Positions 55,816 through 64,000 of a stretch of 64,000 bases of DNA are shown one piece after another (positions within the stretch are counted from its first letter, which is position 1; each line of letters opens with the position of its first letter). The stretch is taken from assembly GCA_902560315.1 (NCBI GenBank), contig CACELG010000002.1, positions 134,857 to 198,856 of the forward strand, written 5' to 3'. Under the pieces are notes generated by a model. The model had not been told where the DNA came from and did no database searches. It saw nothing but the letters and a program-made list of their open reading frames with translations. The DNA comes from an uncultured SAR86 cluster bacterium (GTDB lineage: Bacteria > Pseudomonadota > Gammaproteobacteria > Magnimaribacterales > D2472). A program made the translations under genes and the position numbers.

Positions 55816-56955
55816 TTAAAATCCACTTATATTTGCATATCTTTCAGTATGAAACTTTGAACTACCAAAAATCTGTTCTGCAACTCTAGCTCTTTTTAAG
55901 AAAAATCCAATATCATATTCATCTGTAACCCCAATTCCACCATGCATTTGGACAGCTTCATTAGATACTAGATGAAGTGTTTCTCCGGCCATAGTTTTTG
56001 AAAGACTAGAAAGTCTTTGTAATTCATTTGAACCTTCATCAGCTGCCTTCATTGCTGCAATAACTGATGATTTAGTTAGCTCTATTTCACAAAACATCTC
56101 TGCAGCTCTATGCTGTAAAGCTTGGAACGAACCAATTAACACTCCGAATTGCTTCCTTTGTTTTAAATAATCAAGAGTTGTTTCAAAAGCGGCTTCAGCA
56201 TTACCAAGCATTTCTGATGCAATCGCAATCCTTCCAATATCTAATATATTTTCAACAGTTTCACCGCCTGTTTCTTCATCACCTAAAATATTTTTAGCGC
56301 TTACTTCAACATTATTAAAATTAATATTTGCATAATTTCTTGAATCTGCCATATCTAATTTAATTCTTTCGATGCCGGTATCGTTTGAGTCAATTAAAAA
56401 TAAAGTTAGACCACTAGACTCGCCTTTATTACCAGACGTTCTTGCTAAAACAATTAATAAATCAGCGCTAGCCCCGTCTATCACAAAGGTTTTTTTACCA
56501 TTTAAAACAAATTTTTTACCATCTTTTTTTGCAACCATTTCAGTGTCAGCTGGATTGTGATGGCTTGATTCATCAATTGCTAATGCTGTTGTCAAATCAC
56601 CACCGGTAATTTTTGGTAAATAGTCCTGTTTTTGATCATCATTACCAAAATTTGTTATTGAAAATGCGCCAAGAACTCCTGTAGCAAACAAAGGAGAGGG
56701 TGTAAGCGTTTTTGCACATTCTTCTAAGATAACGCTGATACCAGTAATTCCAAAGTTAGAGCCGCCATATTCTTCTGGAATGAGTATTCCTGGCCATCCT
56801 AATGCAGTCATTTCTTTCCAAATATCTTTGTCCCACAATTTAGGATCATTATTATCTCTAAGAGATCTAAAGTGGGAAATAGGACATCTTTCTTCTGCAA
56901 AGTTCTTTGCTGTATCTTTAAGGAATTGCTCTTCTTCGGTTAATACTAATTTCAT
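55816..56955 (-). CDS. Acyl-CoA dehydrogenase family protein (small partner of second tandem pair)
   Basis: SFQALQHRAAEM and MHGGIGVTDEYD. Paralogous in layout to 32180-33268. Confidence 0.85.
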   Translation of the reverse strand: MKLVLTEEEQFLKDTAKNFAEERCPISHFRSLRDNNDPKLWDKDIWKEMTALGWPGILIPEEYGGSNFGITGISVILEECAKTLTPSPLFATGVLGAFSITNFGNDDQKQDYLPKITGGDLTTALAIDESSHHNPADTEMVAKKDGKKFVLNGKKTFVIDGASADLLIVLARTSGNKGESSGLTLFLIDSNDTGIERIKLDMADSRNYANINFNNVEVSAKNILGDEETGGETVENILDIGRIAIASEMLGNAEAAFETTLDYLKQRKQFGVLIGSFQALQHRAAEMFCEIELTKSSVIAAMKAADEGSNELQRLSSLSKTMAGETLHLVSNEAVQMHGGIGVTDEYDIGFFLKRARVAEQIFGSSKFHTERYANISGF

Positions 56956-56963
56956 ATGGAAAG

Positions 56964-58166
56964 TTATTGACTAGGAAGGTTCAAAACCCTTTTAGATATA
57001 ACATTTAATTGAACTTCCGATGTTCCGCCTTCTATTGAATTACCTTTTGTTCTTAACCAGGCTCTGGTTAAATTTTTATCATTTTCATCAAATTCATCGC
57101 CATCCCAAGCCACTCCATCAACCCCTGATGCACCAACCATGAGCTCATGTCTTTTTTTATTGTGCTCTGTTCCATATAACTTAAACATTGAAGCGGTAGC
57201 ACTTGCTTTTCCACCTTCATCCCCAGCTCGTTTGAGAGTTAATCCAAAAGCATGTTCTTTTATTTTATGTGAAGCAATTTCGGTTCTATAAAATGAATTT
57301 TTTATTTTTCCATTTTCTTCACCTAGATGTTTTTTTGCAATCGAAACAACATCTCTTCCACTTCCAGCTCCCGCAACAGCTCCTGCTAAACCAAAATTGG
57401 AAATAAACGCTCTTTCGTGCTGAAGTAATTTTTTAGCAATAGTCCAGCCGGCATTTAATTCACCTATTAAGTTTTTTTTAGGAACCTCTACATTATCAAA
57501 AAATGTTTCGCAAAATGGAGATTTTCCTGATATCAAAGTAATTGGCTTAGTACTAACACCTTTTGTTTCCATATCAATAAGCAAAAAACTAATTCCATCA
57601 TGTTTTGGTTCTTTAGCTCCTGTTCTTACCAGAGCAAATATCCAATCTGCTTTATCTGCATATGATGTCCAAACTTTTTGGCCGTTTACTAAAAACTTAT
57701 CACCAATATCTTCTGCTTTTGTTGATAAGCTAGCCAAGTCAGAACCAGATCCTGGCTCAGAATATCCCTGACACCATCTTATTTCTCCTTTAAGTATTTT
57801 AGGTAAATGTTCTTTCTTTTGTTCCTCTGAACCATATTCCAATAAAACAGGTGCTAACATCCAAATACCAAAGCTAAGAAGTGGTTGTTTAGCACCTATA
57901 TGAAATAGCTCTTCATTAAGAACTTTTACCTCTTCTTTGGTTAGTCCTCCACCGCCATATTCTTTTGGAACAGTTGGCATTGTCCATCCTTTTGCCCCCA
58001 TTCTATCTAGCCATATTTTTGACTCTGGATTTTTATATTCAGCATTTCTTCCTCCCCAAACCTCATCTACTGGAATATCTGGATCAGCTCCATTTCTCAT
58101 TGAGGGAGGGCAATTTTTATCGAGCCAATTCTTTGTTTCTTCTCTAAATTTTTCTAAATTAGTCAT
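56964..58166 (-). CDS. Acyl-CoA dehydrogenase family protein (large partner, GGTS-type C-terminus)
   Basis: WCQGYSEPGSGSDLASL, QKVWTS, and C-terminal EGGTSEVQLNVISKRVLNLP. Paralogous to 33270-34514. Confidence 0.85.
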   Translation of the reverse strand: MTNLEKFREETKNWLDKNCPPSMRNGADPDIPVDEVWGGRNAEYKNPESKIWLDRMGAKGWTMPTVPKEYGGGGLTKEEVKVLNEELFHIGAKQPLLSFGIWMLAPVLLEYGSEEQKKEHLPKILKGEIRWCQGYSEPGSGSDLASLSTKAEDIGDKFLVNGQKVWTSYADKADWIFALVRTGAKEPKHDGISFLLIDMETKGVSTKPITLISGKSPFCETFFDNVEVPKKNLIGELNAGWTIAKKLLQHERAFISNFGLAGAVAGAGSGRDVVSIAKKHLGEENGKIKNSFYRTEIASHKIKEHAFGLTLKRAGDEGGKASATASMFKLYGTEHNKKRHELMVGASGVDGVAWDGDEFDENDKNLTRAWLRTKGNSIEGGTSEVQLNVISKRVLNLPSQ

Positions 58167-58282
58167 TTGCGTATAAAGTTATGGTTTATTTCAACAATAT
58201 TATATGCACATATTTAAATTTTTCGAGTATTGAAAGCATAAAACTTATTAATACTTTTTTTAATAAGAGTATAATTCGCTCC

Positions 58283-59146
58283 ATGTTCAAAGAAATTGGA
58301 ATTTTTGTAAAGGAAAATACATCTCAAGGAATTGATAACAATGCCTTGGATTTAATGATTGATTTTATATCCTCTAAGGATACAAATTTATATTTCGATG
58401 AATCTTCAGGTTATAAAAATGAAAAAGCAATAAATCTTAAACATGAAGAATTTGTCAAAAAAATTGATTTAATAATAGTTTTCGGTGGAGATGGAACTTT
58501 ATTAAATTCTGCAAGAAAATATTTAAAAGATCAAATCCCTATTCTTGGGGTAAATATGGGAAATGTAGGGTTTCTTACTGACATAAGTGTTGATAATTTT
58601 GAAATGGCAATTAAAGAAATACTTGATGGCAAATTTAAAATAGAAGAAAGAAATTTAGTTGCAGCAAAATTCAATGAAAGTCATTTATATGGATTAAATG
58701 AGGTAGCTATTCATTCTGGAGCATATGCACAACTAATGAGGTATAGACTTAATGTAAATAACAAAGTTGTATATGAACAAAGGTCAGATGGTTTGATTGT
58801 TGCTACCCCAACAGGTTCTACAGCATATTCTTTATCAGCTGGAGGTCCTATAATTCATCCCAGCCTAGACGTATGGACTATTTTACCAATGTTGCCTCAA
58901 AGCTTGTCCTCAAGACCCTTTGTAATTTCTTCTGACGAAAAAGTAGAAGTTGAATTATTTGATGGCCCTAGTGATACTGCAAAAATATGTGTTGATGGTC
59001 AAGATGACATAGATGTTCCATATGGAGCTAAAATTTCTATTTCTAAAATGGAAAAAACACTAAAACTTGTTCATCCTGAAGATAATGATTTTTTTGAAGC
59101 TTGCAGAGAAAAACTAGGATGGAGTTTAAATATTTCAAATAATTAA
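58283..59146 (+). CDS. nadK: NAD kinase
   Basis: VFGGDGTLLNSAR, NMGNVGFL and TPTGSTAYSLSAGGPI motifs. I prefer ATG 58283 (MFKEIGIF...) over the upstream-extended track ORF (58181), whose extra 34 aa are low-complexity. Confidence 0.85.
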   Translation: MFKEIGIFVKENTSQGIDNNALDLMIDFISSKDTNLYFDESSGYKNEKAINLKHEEFVKKIDLIIVFGGDGTLLNSARKYLKDQIPILGVNMGNVGFLTDISVDNFEMAIKEILDGKFKIEERNLVAAKFNESHLYGLNEVAIHSGAYAQLMRYRLNVNNKVVYEQRSDGLIVATPTGSTAYSLSAGGPIIHPSLDVWTILPMLPQSLSSRPFVISSDEKVEVELFDGPSDTAKICVDGQDDIDVPYGAKISISKMEKTLKLVHPEDNDFFEACREKLGWSLNISNN

Positions 59147-59147
59147 A

Positions 59148-59771
59148 TTGAATATTTTTAAAAATTTATATTTTGCTTTAATTATTTTTGCTGTCTTAAT
59201 AGCACTAGCATCTAATTTTGGATCGATTATTGCAATTATTGAGCCATTCACTTTCACAAAGATTATTATTTCCAATCAAGGTTTTATTTCAATATCTAGC
59301 TTTGATCAAACCTTCTATCAAGAGAACCAATGGTGGAGATTAATTACACCAATGTTTATTCATTTCTCTTTTGCTCATTTGGCTTTTAATTGTTTGTGGT
59401 TATACATTCTTGGTGAAAAGATTGAGAAAGTAGATGGATCTTTTATCTTTTTTTTATTAGTAGTTACCTCATCTTTTTTAAGCAATTTTCTTCAATATTT
59501 TTGGACAGACTCAAGTTTATTTGGAGGTCTTTCAGGAGTTATATATGGATTGATTGGATATTGCATGATTTTAGAAATGGATTCTCAATATGATAGGTAT
59601 AAGCTACCTCCGGCCTTATATTTATTTATGATTATTTGGCTAATATTAGGATTTATTGGTTTGTTAGATTTATTTGGATTTGGTTCAGTTGCAAATTTTG
59701 CACATCTAGGCGGTCTAGTTTCAGGAGTAATGTTTGCTATGATATATAAAATGATTTTTAAGAGAGCATAA
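59148..59771 (+). CDS. Rhomboid-family intramembrane serine protease
   Basis: Six-TM layout, WRLITPMFIHFSFAHL, catalytic GGLSGVIYG and AHLGGLVSG. TTG start one nt after the nadK stop (TAAATTG). Confidence 0.8.
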   Translation: MNIFKNLYFALIIFAVLIALASNFGSIIAIIEPFTFTKIIISNQGFISISSFDQTFYQENQWWRLITPMFIHFSFAHLAFNCLWLYILGEKIEKVDGSFIFFLLVVTSSFLSNFLQYFWTDSSLFGGLSGVIYGLIGYCMILEMDSQYDRYKLPPALYLFMIIWLILGFIGLLDLFGFGSVANFAHLGGLVSGVMFAMIYKMIFKRA

Positions 59772-59772
59772 A

Positions 59773-60633
59773 TTGATTACTAAAGCTGTTTTGCCAGTAG
59801 CAGGACTTGGAACAAGATTTTTACCTGCTTCAAAAGCAATTCCAAAGGAGATGCTTCCAATTATTGATAAACCTCTAGTTCAGTATGCTGTGGAGGAAGC
59901 AATTGAGATTGGCATAAAAGACATTATTTTTATAACCAGTCCAGAAAAAGACTCAATCGAAAAACATTTTAAAAAAAATAACAAAATTGAAAAAAAATTG
60001 AAACAATCTGGAAGAGATAAATATATCAGTAAACTTAATCCAAAAATTTTTTCAGATATTCAATTTCATTATCTAAATCAAGAGAATCAGAATGGACTAG
60101 GTCATGCAATATTGCAGGCAGAAAAATTAATTGGTGACGAGTCATTTGCAGTACTTCTTCCAGATGATTTATTTTTTTCTAAAAAATCATGCTTAAGTCA
60201 ACTCCTAGAAATATATTCAAATAAAAAATCTTCTGTTATAGCTGTAAATAAAATCGATAAAGAAAATATTCATAGATATGGTGTTATCAAACCTGGTTTA
60301 GTAAAAGATGAAGTTATTCAGATTGATGACATAATTGAGAAACCATCAGCAACTAAAGCTCCTTCAGATATGGCTGTTTGTGGTAGATATATCCTTTCCT
60401 CTAAAATTTTTAAACATTTAAAATCAACTGAATTTGATAAATTTGGAGAGATTCAACTAACTGATGCCATCAGATCTCTTCTAAATGATGAAAAAATCTT
60501 CGCAAAAGTCTATGATGGAGAAAAATTTGATTGTGGTAGTAAGCAAGGTTTTGTTCATGCTACTATTGCCCTCGCTTTAAGAGATGAGACTATAAGCGAT
60601 GATATTATTAAAATCATAAAGGAAATTGATTGA
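59773..60633 (+). CDS. galU: UTP-glucose-1-phosphate uridylyltransferase
   Basis: KAVLPVAGLGTRFLPASKAIPKEMLPIIDKPLVQYAVEEA is nearly collinear with E. coli GalU. TTG start one nt after the rhomboid stop (TAAATTG). Confidence 0.9.
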   Translation: MITKAVLPVAGLGTRFLPASKAIPKEMLPIIDKPLVQYAVEEAIEIGIKDIIFITSPEKDSIEKHFKKNNKIEKKLKQSGRDKYISKLNPKIFSDIQFHYLNQENQNGLGHAILQAEKLIGDESFAVLLPDDLFFSKKSCLSQLLEIYSNKKSSVIAVNKIDKENIHRYGVIKPGLVKDEVIQIDDIIEKPSATKAPSDMAVCGRYILSSKIFKHLKSTEFDKFGEIQLTDAIRSLLNDEKIFAKVYDGEKFDCGSKQGFVHATIALALRDETISDDIIKIIKEID

Positions 60634-61619
60634 ATTTTTTTCTTAAAATTTTTAAATTATTACCACCAGAATTAGCACATACGATTTCGTTAAATTCTTT
60701 AAATATATTGTATAACTTAGGCCTTGTAAGGTTATTTTCAAAACAAATTCTAACAAATGATGATTTTAATTTTTTAGGAATGAATTTTAAAAACAGACTA
60801 GGCACTGCAGCTGGCCTAGATAAAAACGGAGATTTTATCAATTCATTAGGAGAATTAGGATTTGGTTTCTTAGAGGTTGGCACAGTTACTCCAATTGCTC
60901 AAAAAGGTAATTCAAAACCAAGAGTATTTAGAGCATATGAGGATCAAGCTATTATCAACCGTCTTGGTTTTAATAATAAAGGGATTGATTATTTAGTAGT
61001 TAACTTAAGAAAAAGAAAGTACAAAGGCATTGTCGGTGTAAATATTGGCGCAAATAAATCCTCAAAAGGCACAGAAAGAATTAATGATTATTTGATATGT
61101 TTAGAGAAAGTTCATAAATATGCTGACTACATTTCCATTAATATCTCTTCTCCAAATACTCCCAACTTAAGAGATTTACACAATAAAGATCATCTAAATC
61201 AGTTGATTATTTCTTTAGATAATAAAGTAAGTGAAATAAATACAAAAATACCTATTTTTTTAAAAATATCCCCAGACGAATCAGATGAGGTTTTAGATAA
61301 TATTATTGAATTAATTGAATACTCATCAATTTCAGGAATTATTGCGACAAATACCACTATTGATAAAAGCTATATTACCAATGAAAAATTAAGAAAAATT
61401 GAAGGCGGGCTTTCCGGGAAACCTTTAAAGGAGATATCTACTTCAAAGATTTCTTATCTTAAAACTAAAAACAAAGATTTAAATTTAATAGGAGTTGGTG
61501 GAGTAATGAATAAAGAAGATTATCAATCCAAAATTGATTCAGGAGCTAGCTTAGTTCAAATTTATACAGGATTTATTATTAACGGCCCTGGAGTAGTTCA
61601 CAAGATTTTGCAAGATTAA
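60630..61619 (+). CDS. pyrD: Dihydroorotate dehydrogenase (quinone), class 2
   Basis: PELAH N-terminal helix, AAGLDKNGD, GFLEVGTVTP, NISSPNTPNLR, GVGGV. TTG start overlapping the galU stop (TTGA). No nearby ATG fits the alignment with E. coli PyrD. Confidence 0.9.
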   Translation: MNFFLKIFKLLPPELAHTISLNSLNILYNLGLVRLFSKQILTNDDFNFLGMNFKNRLGTAAGLDKNGDFINSLGELGFGFLEVGTVTPIAQKGNSKPRVFRAYEDQAIINRLGFNNKGIDYLVVNLRKRKYKGIVGVNIGANKSSKGTERINDYLICLEKVHKYADYISINISSPNTPNLRDLHNKDHLNQLIISLDNKVSEINTKIPIFLKISPDESDEVLDNIIELIEYSSISGIIATNTTIDKSYITNEKLRKIEGGLSGKPLKEISTSKISYLKTKNKDLNLIGVGGVMNKEDYQSKIDSGASLVQIYTGFIINGPGVVHKILQD

Positions 61620-61623
61620 AGCT

Positions 61624-62067
61624 ATGGAATATCTTGTAATATTGTTAGCTGTTCTTGTTTTAGCTGGATCAATATCAATTGCAATCCCTTCCAGAGCATC
61701 TAGAAAAATTTCCAAATTAAGAATCGAAGCAAAAATATTAGGATGCAAGATTCTATCAACTCTTTATGGTGAAAATAAATTCAAAAATAATAATTCCAAT
61801 TCTGTTATTTATCAGATTAAAAATTTAACAGGCATCAAAGAAGCTCATTTTATTAGAGACAATGATCAATTAATCTTGTATTCTCCTGTCAAATTAAAGT
61901 TCTCAGATAATTTTGAGCTTTTTAATAAAGAAATAAATGAAGTATCAGATAGCATTGAAGAAATTATATTTAGTAACGCTTCAATCTCTTTTTTATGGAA
62001 AGAATTAAAGGGCTTGGAGGAACTTGAAATGATTTTAAAAAAATTAGGCAAATTAAAAAATTTATAA
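61624..62067 (+). CDS. Hypothetical membrane-anchored protein
   Basis: Single N-terminal TM helix (YLVILLAVLVLAGSISIAI), then a charged soluble domain. No family recognised. Coding status rests on ORF length and tight spacing after pyrD. Confidence 0.4.
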   Translation: MEYLVILLAVLVLAGSISIAIPSRASRKISKLRIEAKILGCKILSTLYGENKFKNNNSNSVIYQIKNLTGIKEAHFIRDNDQLILYSPVKLKFSDNFELFNKEINEVSDSIEEIIFSNASISFLWKELKGLEELEMILKKLGKLKNL

Positions 62068-62126
62068 AATATACTTGCCAAAAAGATACATTTAATGATA
62101 TTCATAAAAAAGGAAGCCAATAAAAT

Positions 62127-64000
62127 ATGTCAAAATCATTAGTAATAGTTGAATCACCAGCAAAAGCCAAGACTATTTCAAAGTATCTTGGATCTGAATA
62201 TATTGTTGAATCAAGTGTGGGTCATATAAGAGATCTTCCAAAAAAAGCATCACCAAATTCTAAAAGAGCATCAATACCGAAGGATGTATCCCCAGAGGAG
62301 AAATTAAGACTTAAATCTATAAACGATAGAAATAGATTAATTAGAAGAATGGGTATTGATCCAGATAATGGATGGAAAGCAGACTGGCAAATAATTCCAG
62401 AAAAAGAAAAAGTAATAAAATCTTTAAAGAAAGCTGCAAAGGGAGTTGACCATATCTATCTTGCAACTGACCTTGATCGAGAAGGTGAGGCTATAGCATG
62501 GCATCTAAAAGAAGCGCTAGGACCTGAAAAATATGAATATTCAAGAGTAAGGTTTAATCAAATCACAAAGTCAGCGATTATAGATTCTTTTGATGATCCA
62601 AAAGAAATAGATTTAGATTTAGTTAAAGCTTATAGAGCAAGAAGATTTTTAGATAAAGTTATTGGGTTTGAGCTTTCACCTTTATTGTGGAAGAAAATTG
62701 CAAGAGGTCTTTCGGCAGGAAGAGTCCAGTCTGTAGCCTTAAGACTTTTAGATGAAAGAGAGAGGCTTATACAGGAGTTTATACCAGAAGAATTCTGGGA
62801 AGTTTCCATGACTCTAAATAAAGACGACCTAGCTATTTCTTTTAATCTCAATAGAAAAAAATCTGAACCCTTATTAAAGAATCAAGAAGCTAAAAAGATT
62901 TTTGAACTAATACAAAACTCAGATTTATTAATAAATGAAATAATAAAAAAACCAGTTAAAACAAAGCCAAGAGCTCCTTTTATTACTTCCACACTTCAAC
63001 AGGCTGCAAGCACTAAATTGAGCTTTACAGTTAAAAGAACAATGCGAGTTGCTCAGAAGCTCTATGAAGCAGGTCACATAACATATATGAGAACAGATGC
63101 TCCAAGTTTAAGTAAAGAATCCATTCAAGATGCAAGAAATTATATTGGTGAGAGGGTTGGTGAGAAATACTTAACTAATGCTCCAAGGATTTATTCAAGC
63201 ACAGAAAATGCACAAGAAGCACATGAAGCAATAAGGCCAACAAATGCTTACCTTACTGCCGATGATCTAATGAATCATACTGAAGAAGAGAAAAGACTTT
63301 ATCTTTTAATTTGGCAACAATATATATCATCACAAATGCCTGACGCTGAGTATTTATCGACATCCGCAAAAATTAATATTGGCGAATACACCTTTTCTGC
63401 AAAAGGCAGAGAAATTGTTTTTGATGGATATACAAAAATATCACAACCAAGTAAATCAGATGACGAAGATATTTTACCGCCTCTTAGGGAAGGGGAAGAA
63501 CTAAAACTTAATGAAGTACATCTTGATCAGAAATTTACAAAACCACCTGCAAGATATTCTGAAGCTGCTTTAGTAAAAGAGCTAGAAAAGAAAGGCATTG
63601 GAAGACCATCTACTTATGCAAATATAATTTCTACTATCCAAGATAGAGGTTATGTTGAAATTCAGAATAGAAGATTTTTTGTTAAAAAAATCGGTCATAT
63701 TGTTGCAGAAAGATTAATTGAGAGTTTTGATGACATCATGGACTATGAATTTACTGCCAATCTTGAAAACAATCTTGATAGTGTTGCTAGAGGTGAGCTT
63801 GATTGGAGAAATGTTCTAGACGAATTCTATAACGCTTTTCAAAAAGATCTAGTTTCTGCTTCAGATGAAAATGGAATGAGGGGTAATCAACCAACCTCTA
63901 CAGACATTACTTGTCCTTGTGGAAAAACAAATATGGTTATTAGAAATTCTTCAAATGGAGTTTTTCTGGGTTGTATGGGATATCAAAATGTTGGAGATGC
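62127..64000 (+). CDS. topA: DNA topoisomerase I, 3'-truncated by window edge (absent from ORF track because no stop is reached)
   Basis: My translation from ATG 62127 (AAGGAAG RBS at 62110-62116) gives MSKSLVIVESPAKAKTISKYLG..VGHIRDLP (Toprim), TDLDREGEAIAWHL, active-site region GHITYMRTD, and a Zn-ribbon start CPCGKTNM...GCMGY near the end. The frame stays open to nt 64000. Confidence 0.9.
   Translation, partial: MSKSLVIVESPAKAKTISKYLGSEYIVESSVGHIRDLPKKASPNSKRASIPKDVSPEEKLRLKSINDRNRLIRRMGIDPDNGWKADWQIIPEKEKVIKSLKKAAKGVDHIYLATDLDREGEAIAWHLKEALGPEKYEYSRVRFNQITKSAIIDSFDDPKEIDLDLVKAYRARRFLDKVIGFELSPLLWKKIARGLSAGRVQSVALRLLDERERLIQEFIPEEFWEVSMTLNKDDLAISFNLNRKKSEPLLKNQEAKKIFELIQNSDLLINEIIKKPVKTKPRAPFITSTLQQAASTKLSFTVKRTMRVAQKLYEAGHITYMRTDAPSLSKESIQDARNYIGERVGEKYLTNAPRIYSSTENAQEAHEAIRPTNAYLTADDLMNHTEEEKRLYLLIWQQYISSQMPDAEYLSTSAKINIGEYTFSAKGREIVFDGYTKISQPSKSDDEDILPPLREGEELKLNEVHLDQKFTKPPARYSEAALVKELEKKGIGRPSTYANIISTIQDRGYVEIQNRRFFVKKIGHIVAERLIESFDDIMDYEFTANLENNLDSVARGELDWRNVLDEFYNAFQKDLVSASDENGMRGNQPTSTDITCPCGKTNMVIRNSSNGVFLGCMGYQNVGD

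Noticed and set aside
748-62851. About 45 short track ORFs (60-120 aa) lying inside or antisense to larger conserved genes. Examples: 748-954, 2109-2312, 5906-6154, 6655-6972, 8497-8784, 8902-9084, 10027-10272, 11500-11730, 12622-12849, 14818-15003, 15190-15414, 17989-18183, 18722-19081, 20382-20639, 21214-21402, 21898-22140, 23178-23402, 23802-24005, 25177-25380, 26158-26412, 27512-27718, 28407-28625, 31884-32093, 33637-33912, 34568-34897, 37121-37309, 37814-38134, 39212-39403, 41505-41801, 42454-42675, 46551-46754, 47826-48023, 56372-56560, 56780-56974, 57937-58176, 57965-58147, 60614-60883, 61551-61748, 61866-62120, 62630-62851.
   Set aside because: Each is fully embedded in, or overlaps, a longer ORF with clear family motifs. 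Their translations are low-complexity (S/L/F/I/K-rich) with no recognisable motifs. Such shadow ORFs are expected in AT-rich DNA, where stop codons are depleted opposite coding frames.
1-64000. Scan for CRISPR arrays, tRNA/rRNA genes, IS elements, integrases, toxin-antitoxin pairs and long tandem or dispersed repeats.
   Set aside because: None seen. Intergenic regions are too short (mostly under 120 bp), and no repeat-spacer periodicity or transposase/integrase-like ORF is present. A by-eye scan could miss small ncRNAs.

Overview
AT-rich, very gene-dense chromosomal segment. Intergenic gaps are short, there are many stop-start overlaps, and several genes start at TTG. Gene content includes two TonB-dependent receptors, many acyl-CoA enzymes, and the run nadK-rhomboid-galU-pyrD-topA. 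This fits a streamlined marine Gammaproteobacterium (SAR86-like), but that placement is low-confidence inference. I saw no rRNA, tRNA, CRISPR, integrase or transposase.

Main blocks:
- 1-12.2 kb: cell-surface locus with an OafA-like acyltransferase, GT4 and GT2. It carries two convergent, mirror-image three-gene cassettes, each DUF4956 membrane protein, then CotH-type kinase with a beta-helix, then VTC/triphosphate-tunnel protein.
- 12-19 kb: purine salvage genes (NCS2 permease, Gpt-like PRTase, apt) around a TonB receptor.
- 24.7-26.7 kb: small operon of methyltransferase-like, APS-kinase-like and nucleotidyltransferase genes.
- 32-48 kb: atu/liu-like acyl-CoA carboxylase catabolic operon with two TetR regulators, an MFS transporter and a TonB receptor. 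A recurring AACTGAGA-N4-TCTCA candidate operator lies in its promoter regions.
- 48-64 kb: mixed housekeeping and redox genes, including a secreted MsrA-Grx-MsrB fusion and a second acyl-CoA dehydrogenase pair. The block ends in a 3'-truncated topA that the ORF track misses.

The best candidate for an undescribed system is the paired DUF4956/CotH/VTC module at 1442-9603.

All family assignments come from motif recognition by eye. No searches were run.
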